In this document: piece after piece, positions 21,547-32,920 of the stretch
Layout of the letters: the number at the start of each line of letters is the position of its first letter
Position numbering within the stretch: position 1 is the first letter of the stretch
Source: Savitreella phatthalungensis
Taxonomy: Eukaryota
Assembly: GCA_051599415.1 (NCBI GenBank)
Contig: AP039694.1
Span: 434,001-498,000, forward strand
Direction: 5' to 3'
Length of the DNA stretch: 64,000 bases
Notes under the pieces: model-generated
The model's input: only the letters and a program-made list of their open reading frames with translations
The model's database searches: none
What the model was told of the DNA's origin: nothing
Translations under genes and position numbers: made by a program

Positions 21547-22500
21547 ATGCCTACATCAAAGCTTGTCAGGATCGGAAACGGTCAGATGCCCGTGCTCGGG
21601 TTGGGTACGTGGCGAAGTGAGCCTGGAAAGGTGAAGGCTGCGGTGAAGGCTGCGATTGCTGCTGGCTACCGCCACATCGACTGTGCTTGGATTTACGGCA
21701 ACGAGGCTGAGGTGGGTGAGGGACTGAAGGAGTCTCTTGCTGAGAATGGTCTGAAGCGTGAGGACATCTGGGTGACGTCCAAGCTCTGGAACATCTTCCA
21801 CAAGCCAGACTCCGTCCGGCCTGCGATCCAAGAGACCCTGAAAAACCTCCAGCTCGAGTACCTCGATCTCTACCTCATGCACTGGCCAGTCGCATTCCAA
21901 AACGTTGGCAACAACGTCAAGTTCCCAAAGTCCGAAGGCGAGAATGGGAAGATGCTGATCGACGAACAGCTCACTGACGACCACTCGACTACGTGGAAGG
22001 CGATGGAGGCTCTCGTCGACGACGGTTTGACGAAGAACATCGGAGTGTCCAATTTCTGTATCGAGAGACTCGACAAGCTGCTCAAGACTGCACGGATCAA
22101 GCCTGTAGTGAACCAGGTCGAGTTGCACCCTTACTTGGTCCAGTCGAAGTTGGTGGAGCACGGCAAGTCGGTTGGTGTCCACTTGTCTGCTTACTCGCCC
22201 TTGGGTTCACAGGACTCGAAGCTGCACGATGATCCTGTGGTGAAGGAGATTGCTGCGGAGCATGGAGTTGATCCTGCTGCGGTGTTGATTGCGTGGGCGT
22301 ACGCCAGGGACAATACTTCTGTCCTCCCAAAATCAGTCACCGAGTCACGCATCATCTCGAACCTCAAGGCAATCGAGATCAATTTCTCTAAGGAACAATA
22401 TGACAAGATCACCGCACTCGACAAGCACGAGCGAGTGGTCAACCCAACAGCTGGCTGGGGCGTTGATATCTACCTGGAGGGCCAAAATGCAAAGATCTAG
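21547..22500 (+). CDS. Aldo-keto reductase (AKR1/GCY1-like), C-terminal AKI
   Basis: LGLGTW, GYRHIDCAWIYGNE, TSKLW, YLDLYLMHWP, IGVSNF, NQVELHPY, AYSPLG, VLPKS. Confidence 0.95.
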   Translation: MPTSKLVRIGNGQMPVLGLGTWRSEPGKVKAAVKAAIAAGYRHIDCAWIYGNEAEVGEGLKESLAENGLKREDIWVTSKLWNIFHKPDSVRPAIQETLKNLQLEYLDLYLMHWPVAFQNVGNNVKFPKSEGENGKMLIDEQLTDDHSTTWKAMEALVDDGLTKNIGVSNFCIERLDKLLKTARIKPVVNQVELHPYLVQSKLVEHGKSVGVHLSAYSPLGSQDSKLHDDPVVKEIAAEHGVDPAAVLIAWAYARDNTSVLPKSVTESRIISNLKAIEINFSKEQYDKITALDKHERVVNPTAGWGVDIYLEGQNAKI

Positions 22501-22727
22501 TACAGTCGTGTACGGCTTTTCATATCATAATGCTACTTGACGGATCTTGCGTGCTGGTGGGGTTACTACTACATCAAATTAGTTTGGCGTCGTGACTGTT
22601 ACTTGAAAATCGATGGTGCTGATGCTGGAGAGGAAAAGATAGCGCACGGAGTTGAATTGTGTGTTACAATGGTGAGTTAGGGTGCGTGTCGTGGTAATGA
22701 TACAGCGGCAGAGGAAGAATTGCCTGC

Positions 22728-24611
22728 TCAGAGGAATGTCCAGACGGTGCCTGTGACGGCGAGCGTGATGCCGATGAGCTCAATTGTCCAGAGCCCTAAC
22801 TTTTCGAGTCTCGAGAGCTCTTCACGGTAGATCTTGAGGTAGAATGCAATGGGCAGGCAGACACAGATGGCGTAGCAGAGGGCAGAGCCGAGGAGAGCCA
22901 TGATCCGATCGAATTCGGGCACGTAGATGCCAAGCGCCACCGGCAGCGCATTGACAAACACTCGAATGAGCGCTCGAGAGATGGATCGACCAAGGGCCGA
23001 AGAGGCCATGGTAGATGATGAGCCAGCAACGACTCGCTGGTCGATCCCTAGCAGGATGTCGAGCGTAGTCGCGATTGGGCGAGTATTGAGTGCCATCTTG
23101 GTCAATGGCACAACGGCGATCATGACGACGATCACCCGATTGATTAGCTCCGGGTAGCCTGTGGTCTCGAAGATCGACTTGGTGATCTCGTCCTTGACGA
23201 GTGCGCCAAACATCAGGTACCCACTGACTGCCATGGTCAAATCAAGGCCGAAGGTGATGCCATACGAGGTGGTGATGGCACGCTTGAACTTGTGAGGATG
23301 GCGCATGTCGCGATAGACATTGCAGAAGACTGAATGTCCTGCCAGTGGACCCATCACAAGACCGATCGCGAGTGGCAGACGAGCTCCATTGTCGGGAGGC
23401 CAGAAGGAGGTAGCGACAGGAAAGAGCAAAGAGCCTGGAGCCTCCTTCTTGACGAAACCATCGATCAGGACAATGACAATGACAGACGTGGTGGCAAAGA
23501 TGCCCAGAATGCTGGTGATAGACAGGATATTGAGCGGAACGAAAGACGTGGCGAGGAAAATGAAGAATCCGACAAGCTTCCATTGCGTAGTGGTGAGGAC
23601 CGGTACGAGCACTGAGAGGGAGTCACCGAAGAGGACGACAAGTGCCGTGCAAGCAGCGATGAGCTCAAGGGAGAATATGAGCGATACCCAATAGCGAGCC
23701 TTGACGCCGAAGCTGTAGAAGGCCACATCGGCATAAGTCATGAGGCTGTCATTTCTGTCCATGCACTTGACTAGCAAGGTCGCCGTCCACAGGGTCACGG
23801 CACCACTGCCTGCCAGTAGCAGGATGCCGAAGAACCAGCCTGCATAGGCCATGCCCAAAGGTAAGGACAAGATGCCAATACCCATCAGAATGTTGACTGA
23901 ATTGAATGTGGTTTGATAGACAGTAGAGCCTTCGAGTAGACCGGAGCCTGTCAGACGCGACACGATCGAGTAGCGACTCTGACGAGGTCTGAGTGACTGC
24001 GATGGAGCACGTGCAAGGAGCGGCTTGCCCTCTGCATCTGTTCTGTTTGTAGTCAGCCGAGAGATGTTAGATACTCGGCGTGATGGAATGCGTCGATCGG
24101 CGATCGATGCTGGATAGTCCGACATTCGCGATTCACCAGGTCCAGCTGATGAAGCTTCGTCAGCAGCTGTGCCATAGCCTCTATAGATGAAGGACTCATT
24201 ATCAGGGGCATCGTCATTGTCAGGGTCGCCTGCGTCCGTGCGGTCGAATGTGTCGTCGCCTTCGCCGTCATCACCCTGCCATTCGGAATTGATTCGTTCG
24301 AGACGAGGTCGCTGAGCGAAGCCATAGTTCCGACTACTGCTGTCATCATCTCGAGATGCTGACTGCTGAAATTGTGGATCTGTACTGGCGAGGGTGCCAG
24401 GTGAGCCTACTTCGAGGCCGTCTCCGATGAAGTAGTTTGAGCGCTGGAAGGAGGATGCCCATTTGCTCAGAGAATTTGGGTTGTTGCTTGATTCGTCTGC
24501 TGTAAAGCCACCAAGACCGGTGAGCTTGAAAGTGCCGGAGAGCCTGCGCATGTAGCTGCTTGAGCTAGCGCCATCAGTATTGCGTGACTCGACATCTCGC
24601 GGGGCGCTCAT
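22728..24611 (-). CDS. Vacuolar amino acid transporter, Avt1-like (AAAP family)
   Basis: Long acidic N-terminal tail; STVYQTTFNSVNILMGIGILSLP, GHSVF, DMRHPHKF, GYLMFG. Confidence 0.9.
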   Translation of the reverse strand: MSAPRDVESRNTDGASSSSYMRRLSGTFKLTGLGGFTADESSNNPNSLSKWASSFQRSNYFIGDGLEVGSPGTLASTDPQFQQSASRDDDSSSRNYGFAQRPRLERINSEWQGDDGEGDDTFDRTDAGDPDNDDAPDNESFIYRGYGTAADEASSAGPGESRMSDYPASIADRRIPSRRVSNISRLTTNRTDAEGKPLLARAPSQSLRPRQSRYSIVSRLTGSGLLEGSTVYQTTFNSVNILMGIGILSLPLGMAYAGWFFGILLLAGSGAVTLWTATLLVKCMDRNDSLMTYADVAFYSFGVKARYWVSLIFSLELIAACTALVVLFGDSLSVLVPVLTTTQWKLVGFFIFLATSFVPLNILSITSILGIFATTSVIVIVLIDGFVKKEAPGSLLFPVATSFWPPDNGARLPLAIGLVMGPLAGHSVFCNVYRDMRHPHKFKRAITTSYGITFGLDLTMAVSGYLMFGALVKDEITKSIFETTGYPELINRVIVVMIAVVPLTKMALNTRPIATTLDILLGIDQRVVAGSSSTMASSALGRSISRALIRVFVNALPVALGIYVPEFDRIMALLGSALCYAICVCLPIAFYLKIYREELSRLEKLGLWTIELIGITLAVTGTVWTFL

Positions 24612-26037
24612 GAAAGAGATGGCTCGTCGATGATAGGATGAAGCGTGTCTGATGGAGTGATCCTTCCACACCTGACGAGCTCAAGGACAGGATTCGTGGA
24701 GGGTGTGACGAGCTGCTCACGTGGTCACGTCGACCAGGGTAAAGCCAAAGCACTCGTCTGAACGAGTGGGTCTGAGGGGAAGCAGGCAAGGAAGCAACAA
24801 GGCGATGCACAAGGTCACGGTAAGATTCCTGCCTTTGAGAAGTTTACTGGACTACCTGAATGATGGACTGACTCAGAAGAGAGAGCTTGATTGAGTGAGG
24901 GAAGAATAAGGCTATTGGAGATGCGTACTCATGGGTGAGGACTGTGTGTGTGAGTGTGTGAGTGTGTGTATGTGTGTGGGTGTGTGTATCTATGGGTTGT
25001 GATGGTGGTTGATGGTTGGATTAATACGGTGGATATGATTATTTACATTACGGTGTATCTGCAATGTCTTATCTTGAGCCAGTCAGAGACAAGCATAATT
25101 TACCGAAGAAGAAGTAAGAAGAAGTTCAGAGGAGATATGGATAAAAGTCGGTCAAATATTGTTGCTATATATTCTCACCTAAATCTCACAAAACTTAAAG
25201 ATCTCCCTCTCTCGAGCTTGGAGCTATCGATCGTGTTCTTTTTCTTCAATGTAAACCAAGTGAAGTCAACAATTGGAATTCAGGTTATGACGCAGTGCGA
25301 GTGATCAAAAGTAAAAGTCAGAGTTAGAGTGACACAGTCAGAAATAGAAATCCAATTCGATTAAGCTGAGTTTTATCTTCCCTCGAGTATAATCATGATC
25401 CGCTCTTTCCGACTGGAACATCAGCTAATGGAGATTTCAACTGTACAGTATGTAGTAGCACATCGAAAAGATTTCCTCTATATTTGCTCTACCCGTCATT
25501 CAGTCTCGACTGAGTAGATAGATAGCAAGCGCATTTGCAAGCGCATTTAAGGAGGAAGCTGCAACTTGTCTTCCAAGATTCTATTCAATCGCTTGGTCAT
25601 ACCTGCCAATCTGTACGATGGACACTCGACCTTCAGTGCTGACTATACTGTCTGTGAATTGGTATTCTTGAGCCCCACCTGTGGACTTCTTGGGATTTGG
25701 GACGTACTGGACCGTATACTGAACATGATCCTTGAGCGGGATGTGCATTCATTTATTCAGCACGTGAATTCAGGTCAATTCCGAAAATGCTGCATACGCT
25801 CATTCCCTGGACATATTGATCATCTTGCGGAGCCATGCCCATTGCTACGTCTGTGGCCACTACCAGGCGATAGTCTCAGCTCATCATACCAGTTCACAAT
25901 CCTCAGTTGAAGTACGATAGATCGCAACCCACACTGACGACCTGTCTTCGTCGAGCTCGTATGCTCTCGAGATCTCTCATCACATTCGTAACCTAGAAGT
26001 CGCTGATTGACCGACCGGCGAGGACTTGACGCTCGAG

Positions 26038-26444
26038 ATGCCGTACGATCGGCATACGCTGCGTAACATGGAGCGAGCGTATGAGGAGGCCAAACGAGGT
26101 GCTCTCGAAGGTGCGTTGAAGTGGGGCGGTGGCTCGCTTGTGGCGTTCGGGGTTGCTCAGTACACCTGGCCACTCTACCGCAACTTGACAGTGCCCTTCA
26201 AGACATTCCTCCTCATGTCGGCCGTCATCACTGGCGGGATGGTCAATGGCGATGCTGCCATGCAACAGGCCGAGAGAGTTGTTCGGCAAGAACAGCGTAC
26301 GTTGTCCTACTTCTGAACTTATGTTGTCCCAAGATCTCCGTATACTGACAGACATTTCCGGCGGCAGAACTCGCGAGGAAAGAAGCGATCGAAAGAGATC
26401 TTGACGATCTATATGACCGACCTCGAACCCCTAAGCGACGGTAG
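26038..26444 (+). CDS. Small two-TM mitochondrial-type protein (Rcf3/HIG1-like), 2 exons
   Basis: GALEGALKW and WPLYRNLTVPFKTFL. Intron from 26297 (GTACGT) with branch point CTGAC; acceptor 26367 gives QLARKEAIERDLDDLY... Confidence 0.6.
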
Positions 26445-26506
26445 CCTCGGGGGAGATGACCCGCAAGCTCCATGTATAATCTCTTTTCCATTTACTACAG
26501 TCATGT

Positions 26507-27304
26507 CTACAACTTGCCGAGACGAGATGCACCAGTGATCGGAATCACCTCACCGTTCATGTAACCGTTCTCGATCATCGCCTTGACGAGGTGACCAAAC
26601 TCATCTGCCGTGCCGAATCTTGGAGGAAACTCGAGCATCTTGTTAAGCGCCTGCCTTGCCTTGTCCGGCGTGTTCTTGCCCATGGCCGTGTCGAACAGCG
26701 TCGGTGCAAGTGTGAGCACTCTGATCTTGTGACGGGCGAGGTCACGTGCCATTGGGAGGGTCAATCCGTTGACACCGCCCTTGGATGCGGAGTACGGGGT
26801 CTGACCGGTCTGACCTTCCTTGCCTGCCGCAGAAGACACCATGATGATGGTGCCGCGCTCATCGGACTCCTTGTCCTCGTCGCGCGAGCACATGTGAGCG
26901 GCCACAAGGCGCGACACGTTGTACGTTCCGATCAGGTTGATCTGGATGACGAACTTGAAGGCCTCGAGGTCGAAAGGCTGGTTGTCTCGACCTACAATTT
27001 TGCCTGCGAATCCGATACCGGCACAGTTAACGACACCCCGGACAGGCGCCTTTGCGACCTCCTCACACCACTTGATCGCCGCCGCCACCGCCGCCTCCGT
27101 GTTGGCATCGTCTCCGAGATCGCAAGCGAAGAACTTGGCCTTGTCACCGCCCCCGAGCTCCTCCTTCACAATCCGCTCGCCATTCTCAGCGTCACGGTCA
27201 AGCACCGCAATGATAGCGCCAGCACGAGACAGCGCTGCTGCCGAAGCCGCACCCAGACCTGAGCCTGCACCCGTGACGATGTACGCTTTTCCAGAGACCT
27301 GCAT
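26507..27304 (-). CDS. SDR, 3-hydroxyacyl-CoA dehydrogenase type II (HSD17B10-like)
   Basis: TGAGSGLG, NCAGI, ERGTII, GQTGQTPYSASKGG, LPMARDL, YMNGEVI. Confidence 0.92.
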   Translation of the reverse strand: MQVSGKAYIVTGAGSGLGAASAAALSRAGAIIAVLDRDAENGERIVKEELGGGDKAKFFACDLGDDANTEAAVAAAIKWCEEVAKAPVRGVVNCAGIGFAGKIVGRDNQPFDLEAFKFVIQINLIGTYNVSRLVAAHMCSRDEDKESDERGTIIMVSSAAGKEGQTGQTPYSASKGGVNGLTLPMARDLARHKIRVLTLAPTLFDTAMGKNTPDKARQALNKMLEFPPRFGTADEFGHLVKAMIENGYMNGEVIPITGASRLGKL

Positions 27305-27778
27305 AATGCCAGAATCGTTGTCTTCCCAGATTCTGTTTGACTGATCTTGTACTACTCCCTAGATTGACGACCTGGAGGATTCTCTCAGGAGGAAAGTTAG
27401 GATCGATCTGGAGATCCTCACGGAGAAAGTTGACACAAACTAGAAAGTATGGATAGGTGCACCAGGTTCGATTGTGGGGCAGGCGGGAGCGACCAATCGG
27501 GAGGCACCTGTGCCGAGGCCCCAGTCAGAATTTCCAGACTTCGTGCATTCAATCAAATAATTCATCCGAATGCACAACAATCACTCAACAAGCATTTCCA
27601 AGGATGTGCTTATCAGGGCAGTCCACAGGACACGTGATGATCCAGCTTCTTGGTCTAACGGCTATAGATAGTACTCTCCTCGGGCACATGCACACGACAC
27701 CACTCCCCTCCATACAGCGTGCAGTTTACAAGTCAGACACGTTCAGATCATCAGTCTGACAAGCACCTTGGAGCCATA

Positions 27779-28255
27779 ATGACAGACACGCATACATCTT
27801 CATCGTCCTCTCAGGATGCGCACTTTATGGACCTCGCATTCGCCCAGGCTGAGAAATCGTACAGGGAGGGTGGGATTCCGATCGGTGCTGTTTTGGTTTC
27901 TGCGGATGGGAAGGTGCTAGGTGCTGGTCACAACTGCCGAGTTCAGAAGCAGAGTGCTACGCTGCACGCTGAGATGAGTGCGCTCGAGGATGCCGGGAGG
28001 TTGGCTGCGCGGGCGTACAGGGGAGCGACGATGTACACGACCTTGAGCCCCTGCAACATGTGCACCGGCGCCGTCCTCCTCTACAAGATCGGCAGGGTCG
28101 TCATGGGCGAGAACGAGACGTTCGTTGGGGGCGAGGACGTGCTGAAGATGAAGAATGTCGAGCTCGTCAACCTGAAGGACGACAGGTGCAAGCAGCTCAT
28201 GCAGAAGTACATCTCCGAGAATCAGGCCGATTGGGATGAAGACATCGGCGAGTGA
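27779..28255 (+). CDS. FCY1: Cytosine deaminase
   Basis: EGGIPIGAVL, GHNCRVQ, LHAEMSALE, TTLSPCNMC, WDEDIGE. Confidence 0.95.
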   Translation: MTDTHTSSSSSQDAHFMDLAFAQAEKSYREGGIPIGAVLVSADGKVLGAGHNCRVQKQSATLHAEMSALEDAGRLAARAYRGATMYTTLSPCNMCTGAVLLYKIGRVVMGENETFVGGEDVLKMKNVELVNLKDDRCKQLMQKYISENQADWDEDIGE

Positions 28256-28348
28256 CCATCCACGCTCACACTCGATGCATACACACGTACACATACGGTA
28301 GTTGACGAAGGTAAATGACATTTTTGATAATCAGCCGATTGGGATTTT

Positions 28349-29098
28349 CTACAACTCGTCCTTGACCTTCTTGCCCAGGAAAGCAGAGAGGATGTTCTGC
28401 CTTGCTCGTAGATCGGACACCTTCTCCTTTGCCATGGTTGCTGATGACTTGAGCAACTTGGTCAGACGGTCGTGCTCTGTCTGGACCCAGGTCGGGTTGT
28501 CTCCTACGGACAGCTTGTCGAGCACTCGGTAGTAGTACTTGTACGCCGTTCCCTTGGCCGTCTCGCCATACGTGTCGATGGCCGAGCGAGCATCGCTGAT
28601 CAGCGACGTCAGCGTCTCACCACCTTTGGCCGCAGCAGCGTTGATGTCACGCGCAATCTTGTCGACCGACGGAATTCGACCAGCCAGCTCAGAGAGCGCT
28701 CCGCCGACGGTCCTGAAGGTGCCTGCATGCTCGTTGATGAAAGTGACGAAGGACGCCTCGTCTCGTGCCTTGTCGTACGAGATCGGGTTGGTCTTGTCGC
28801 CTGCGGGGTAGAACTTGATGGTGGGGAAGCCCTGGATGCCGTGTTTTCGTGCGGCGTCAGGGTTTGCGTCACAATCGATCTGTGCAATCACAACAGAGTC
28901 CTCCTCCTCATAGTCCTTGCCGAGTTGCTCGTACGTTGGTGCGAGCTTCTTGCAGTGACCGCACCAAGGTGCATAGAACTCGACGAGAACATCCTTGGTC
29001 GAGTCGAGGACAACGCTGTCGAAGGTCTTGTCGGTCAGGACTGTCACAGCAGCTTGACATGCCGCTGCGAGTAATAGGAATGGCAGTTTCAACATCAT
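28349..29098 (-). CDS. ER protein disulfide isomerase (TigA/ERp38-like) with one thioredoxin domain, an ERp29C domain and KDEL
   Basis: Signal peptide; EFYAPWCGHCK; GFPTIKF; AGRIPSVD..YYYRVLDK..E..RL..RQNILSAF; KDEL. Confidence 0.9.
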   Translation of the reverse strand: MMLKLPFLLLAAACQAAVTVLTDKTFDSVVLDSTKDVLVEFYAPWCGHCKKLAPTYEQLGKDYEEEDSVVIAQIDCDANPDAARKHGIQGFPTIKFYPAGDKTNPISYDKARDEASFVTFINEHAGTFRTVGGALSELAGRIPSVDKIARDINAAAAKGGETLTSLISDARSAIDTYGETAKGTAYKYYYRVLDKLSVGDNPTWVQTEHDRLTKLLKSSATMAKEKVSDLRARQNILSAFLGKKVKDEL

Positions 29099-29432
29099 GA
29101 TTGATTGTTTATCCTTGCCGAAAGAAGCTTCGACCTTCTGACTGAAGTCTTCCTTACACTAGAATGGATGATGATGTGTGTCTCTGGAATATGTGCATAC
29201 GTGTCGCTCTGGTTCGGTGGCACTATAGATGCAGCCTGCCTGTGCATATGCATTCAGAAGAAATGTCTGGGGTCGATTTTACAAGTCATTGTGATCAGAT
29301 TGAAAGTCCCGGAATCTGGTTGGAGACACTTTTAGAGAGATCTGCAGATGGTCAGATGCTTGAATTACTAAGGCCTACTTGCGGCTCATGATGCTATACT
29401 TACTTCAACAAATCATTAATGCCACCGACTCG

Positions 29433-30683
29433 CTACTGGTTCTTGTCCTCGTCCTTGCCTGGATACATGATCTGACGTGTGATGACGGCTTTGGCGGAGA
29501 GGATGAGATCCATAAGCCAGAAGATGACTACGGCGATTGTTTGAGCGGATCCGACCCAGAGAATCCCAGGGCTTTCGAGCTCTTGGCCGATGTAGATGGT
29601 GGCAATTGTAAAGCCGACGTTCGGGAATATGATCGCCCACCATGCGAGCTTGAAATGCATTTGGGGACGTCTTTGAAGGCCTACAAGAGGAGACGAGGAG
29701 TCCGGCAAGTCTTGCTCCTTCGGACGCTTCCACACTAGAGCTGTTGGCAGATTTGCCACCAGTGCGAATGCAAATATGAAGAACGTGAACAGCCACATGA
29801 AGATGCTGGACCACAAAGCCACAATCTGCAGCACTTCCCCGGCAGTCGGATGTCGTGCAAAGTAGGCGTAGTTCTCCGGGATATAGCGCGCACAGCCGAT
29901 CAGCGCGACGATAGTGTAGCCGGAAGCGCCAACAGGCATGAAGAGCGCAGGTCGTTGATCAGGTTCAGGAAGGCCTTTGCCTAGAACGAGTGCCATGAAG
30001 AATGTGAGGAAGAGGATGCTGACAATCCAGCCGAGACCTTGGTATGCCACGCCTGCCACGAGAATCGGCAATCTCTGAGCTGGCGGTTGTGACTTTGCGA
30101 TTCCACTTGCAACAGTACCGGTCAGCATGGCATTGAAGATGAGGAGGAACCATGCAGGGGACATTGCTAATGGATCAAGGTCTGCGTGAGAGGCAATGAC
30201 GACGAGATGAACAGTGGTCGAGCAGAAGGTGACAGCGGCATAGATCCAGAAGACGACACGGATCGCGGTGATGATCCAGTCACCTGTGTGTCCGACTGCG
30301 TATTGCTCCATGCAGAAGATGATCGTGGCTATTGTGAGCCAGAAGGAGCCGAAGAAAAAGCATTCGGGACCTGTGGTAAGGGATGTGCGGAGCTTGCGCG
30401 GATTCAGTATGAATCGTGTTGCCATGAGGCAGATGAAGATGGAGAAGAGGGCGAGGTTGAAGATGAAGATGATCACACCGATAGTTTGAAGACCATTGAA
30501 CTGATGAGGCGTCTCTGACAGCAGGACAGCGACACCTCCCGTTGACTGCGTACACGTAAACCATGGCCAAGTGAAGTGGTCTATCCGGTCGCGGATGGAC
30601 ACGCGACTTGAAGATTCAGAGGACGCCTCATCCTGCTTGGTCGGTGAGCGACTCGACTGGTCTCTCATTCTATCATCATTCAT
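29433..30683 (-). CDS. TDT/SLAC1-family C4-dicarboxylate (malate) transporter, Mae1-like
   Basis: HFTWPWFTCTQSTGG, ECFFFGSFWL, YQGLG, PDQRPALF, WWAIIFPNVG, PGKDED. Confidence 0.9.
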   Translation of the reverse strand: MNDDRMRDQSSRSPTKQDEASSESSSRVSIRDRIDHFTWPWFTCTQSTGGVAVLLSETPHQFNGLQTIGVIIFIFNLALFSIFICLMATRFILNPRKLRTSLTTGPECFFFGSFWLTIATIIFCMEQYAVGHTGDWIITAIRVVFWIYAAVTFCSTTVHLVVIASHADLDPLAMSPAWFLLIFNAMLTGTVASGIAKSQPPAQRLPILVAGVAYQGLGWIVSILFLTFFMALVLGKGLPEPDQRPALFMPVGASGYTIVALIGCARYIPENYAYFARHPTAGEVLQIVALWSSIFMWLFTFFIFAFALVANLPTALVWKRPKEQDLPDSSSPLVGLQRRPQMHFKLAWWAIIFPNVGFTIATIYIGQELESPGILWVGSAQTIAVVIFWLMDLILSAKAVITRQIMYPGKDEDKNQ

Positions 30684-31078
30684 CCAAATTTGAACCTGCT
30701 CTGATGCTGTATAAGGTGTGCAATCGGTCTGGATAGTTTTGTGACAGGTACGAGCAAAGTTGTCCTGCAGTAGGCTGCCATGTCGTCATTTGGGGCTTTG
30801 GTGGAATGAAACGCTCTGGAACGATTTTCAAAATTCCCTGCAAATTTCACCCCGGAATTTGGCTTTTGACGCAATGCCTTTTCCCGTTTTAATCAGCTCG
30901 CCTGCGTGCACGCTATTGGGTCGTCCAATATGGATCCCGGACAAAGCAAAGATCGAGCAGGGACACAGCAACGATCAAGCGAAGTCATCCTGTTGTGCAT
31001 TATTGTACAATCCCTCTTATCTACGTCTTCTAGTTTGGGTCCTTCATCCGACGAAAACCTATGCAAGCGGCCAATCAA

Positions 31079-31540
31079 TTACAGCTTCGGTGGAGCGACG
31101 GCGACCTTGTCGTGTGTGCCGGTCGCGAGGATCTTGCCGGTGGCTTCGTCGACGACTTCGCAGGTCATGTAGACTGTTCGCTTTGAGAGTGATACGATCT
31201 TGCACTTGAACAGGATGGTGGTGCCTTGCTTTGCAGGGCGGAGGTAGGTGACGTTGAGGTTGCGCGACACGCCTGGCCCCATCTCCCAGAAGCCATCCCT
31301 GCACTGAGGCACAAGCGCACACGACGTGAACAGATCAATTGCCGTCGCCACAGCGCCACCGTGCATCGCTCCCAGCGAATTCACAAGACCTGCGCGAACT
31401 TCTGTCCGGAAGACAGCTTCATTGCCATTCGCGCTGACGACTTCCGAAGCGCTGACGATGTTGCGATCGTATGTCTCATCGCCGAGATGATTGATGAAAG
31501 ATTGGATGTCATCAGCGCTGTGCTCCTTGATTTCTGCCAT
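31079..31540 (-). CDS. PaaI/ACOT13-like hotdog thioesterase, C-terminal PKL
   Basis: NSLGAMHGGAVATAID, GVSRNLNVTYL, ATGTHDK. Confidence 0.9.
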   Translation of the reverse strand: MAEIKEHSADDIQSFINHLGDETYDRNIVSASEVVSANGNEAVFRTEVRAGLVNSLGAMHGGAVATAIDLFTSCALVPQCRDGFWEMGPGVSRNLNVTYLRPAKQGTTILFKCKIVSLSKRTVYMTCEVVDEATGKILATGTHDKVAVAPPKL

Positions 31541-31843
31541 GCTGTCTATATATGTATCCGCTTGTTTGTACCGATGATGGCCAGTCAACGCTGTGTTGCG
31601 CTTAGTAGACTTGAGATGAAGGGTCGTTCGAACTGTATGTTTTTCTCCACTTTTTTGTCTATTAATTGCGCTTCACCAGAACAGACTCAAAATCTCGGTT
31701 CCAGCCGAGCCGCTTTGAGCTCGATTTCACATGCTCCGGGGATTTTGTCAGATCGATTGACAGATTAAATCCTCGTCATTGAGTACACACGATCGATTGA
31801 TGCAGAGAGTGGTTCGTGAGTGTAATTAAGATAAATACATGAG

Positions 31844-32920
31844 CTATCTTCCTAGCCAGAATCGAGGATTCAGAAGGATAGCACTGGCTATTCCAGCAGC
31901 GGTGCCTCCGAGATGTGCTTCATGACCCAGCTGAATGCCTGTCAGCTGTGCTAGCTGCTTTCGGCCTTGCGTGTTAATTGAGCAATACGCATCGACGCCA
32001 ACGAGCACGCCCCATGCCACGTAAGCAGGCAGCGGGATGAAGAAGACGCTGACTGACAGTGTCGGATTTAGCAGCATGGCGATCGTGAACAGCCCGAAAA
32101 CACCGCCGGAAGCGCCGAGGCCGGGTACATCGTCTTTGTAGATCGGATTAGTCGGTCCTCTTGCAGCTTGCTCGATCTGCGCCTGTCGACGCTTCAGCTC
32201 GTCCGGAGACATCGCTAGCCCTGGCCAATCTAGAGCTGATCGACGCATCGCTTTTTGCGCCTTCTCACGCTCCTTCACACCGTTGAAAGCACCTCCGGCG
32301 TACAGTGACGCCGCTGAACCGCCAGCAATCGAACCGATGTAGGCCGTCAGGGTTCGGATGACTCCCAGTCGGAGGGAGACTGCTGGGAAGAAGCTCAGCA
32401 CGGCAATCGTGTTTGCCAGGATATGCCATAGCTGGATGTGGGAAAAGCCACTCGTCAGGAGTGTGTGGTAGCGCTTTTGGTCCCAGTTGCGTACGCTGCA
32501 CGTGAAGTGGTCGGTCATCATAGCCGCACGGCGTGTGTCTGGCCTATCGCCACGCACATCAGCAGCGGCTAATTGCCATTGCCACCAAACATACCCGTTG
32601 ACTGCTGTGATACCAATAGCCACGACGACTCCACCTCTACCTCGGGATGCTTCTCCTGGTGTGTACCTCGGTTGCGTCTGCTTCTGATGATGTGGATTTG
32701 ATGGCTCCTCATGTGTTATAGGTATTGCTCTGGATGATGATGATGGTGGAACGATCGGAGCTCGCGTCGGCTCATCAGGCAAGGGTGCTCTTTGCCCTGA
32801 AGGTGGTGGGCTTGGCTTCCATGCTAGTGCCAGGCGCTTTGTCAGCCAGAATTGTCGTCTCTGCACACAGCTACACGTCCGAATGGCCGTGATACGTCGC
32901 GGTAGTGCTCCACGAAGCAT
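31844..32920 (-). CDS. Rhomboid protease, mitochondrial Pcp1/PARL-like
   Basis: Arg-rich presequence; TLLTSGFSH, HILAN, GLGASGG (catalytic Ser), HEAHLGG (catalytic His). Confidence 0.88.
   Translation of the reverse strand: MLRGALPRRITAIRTCSCVQRRQFWLTKRLALAWKPSPPPSGQRAPLPDEPTRAPIVPPSSSSRAIPITHEEPSNPHHQKQTQPRYTPGEASRGRGGVVVAIGITAVNGYVWWQWQLAAADVRGDRPDTRRAAMMTDHFTCSVRNWDQKRYHTLLTSGFSHIQLWHILANTIAVLSFFPAVSLRLGVIRTLTAYIGSIAGGSAASLYAGGAFNGVKEREKAQKAMRRSALDWPGLAMSPDELKRRQAQIEQAARGPTNPIYKDDVPGLGASGGVFGLFTIAMLLNPTLSVSVFFIPLPAYVAWGVLVGVDAYCSINTQGRKQLAQLTGIQLGHEAHLGGTAAGIASAILLNPRFWLGR

Noticed and set aside
21556..22182. Long antisense ORFs opposite real genes (also 26591-27262, 28472-29074, 53468-54529, 52846-53823 in an alternate frame)
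   Set aside because: Shadow ORFs from GC3-rich codon bias; no recognisable motifs.
25500..25980. 114-aa plus-strand ORF and scattered splice-like signals on the minus strand
   Set aside because: I could not build a consistent, recognisable gene model; needs RNA-seq.
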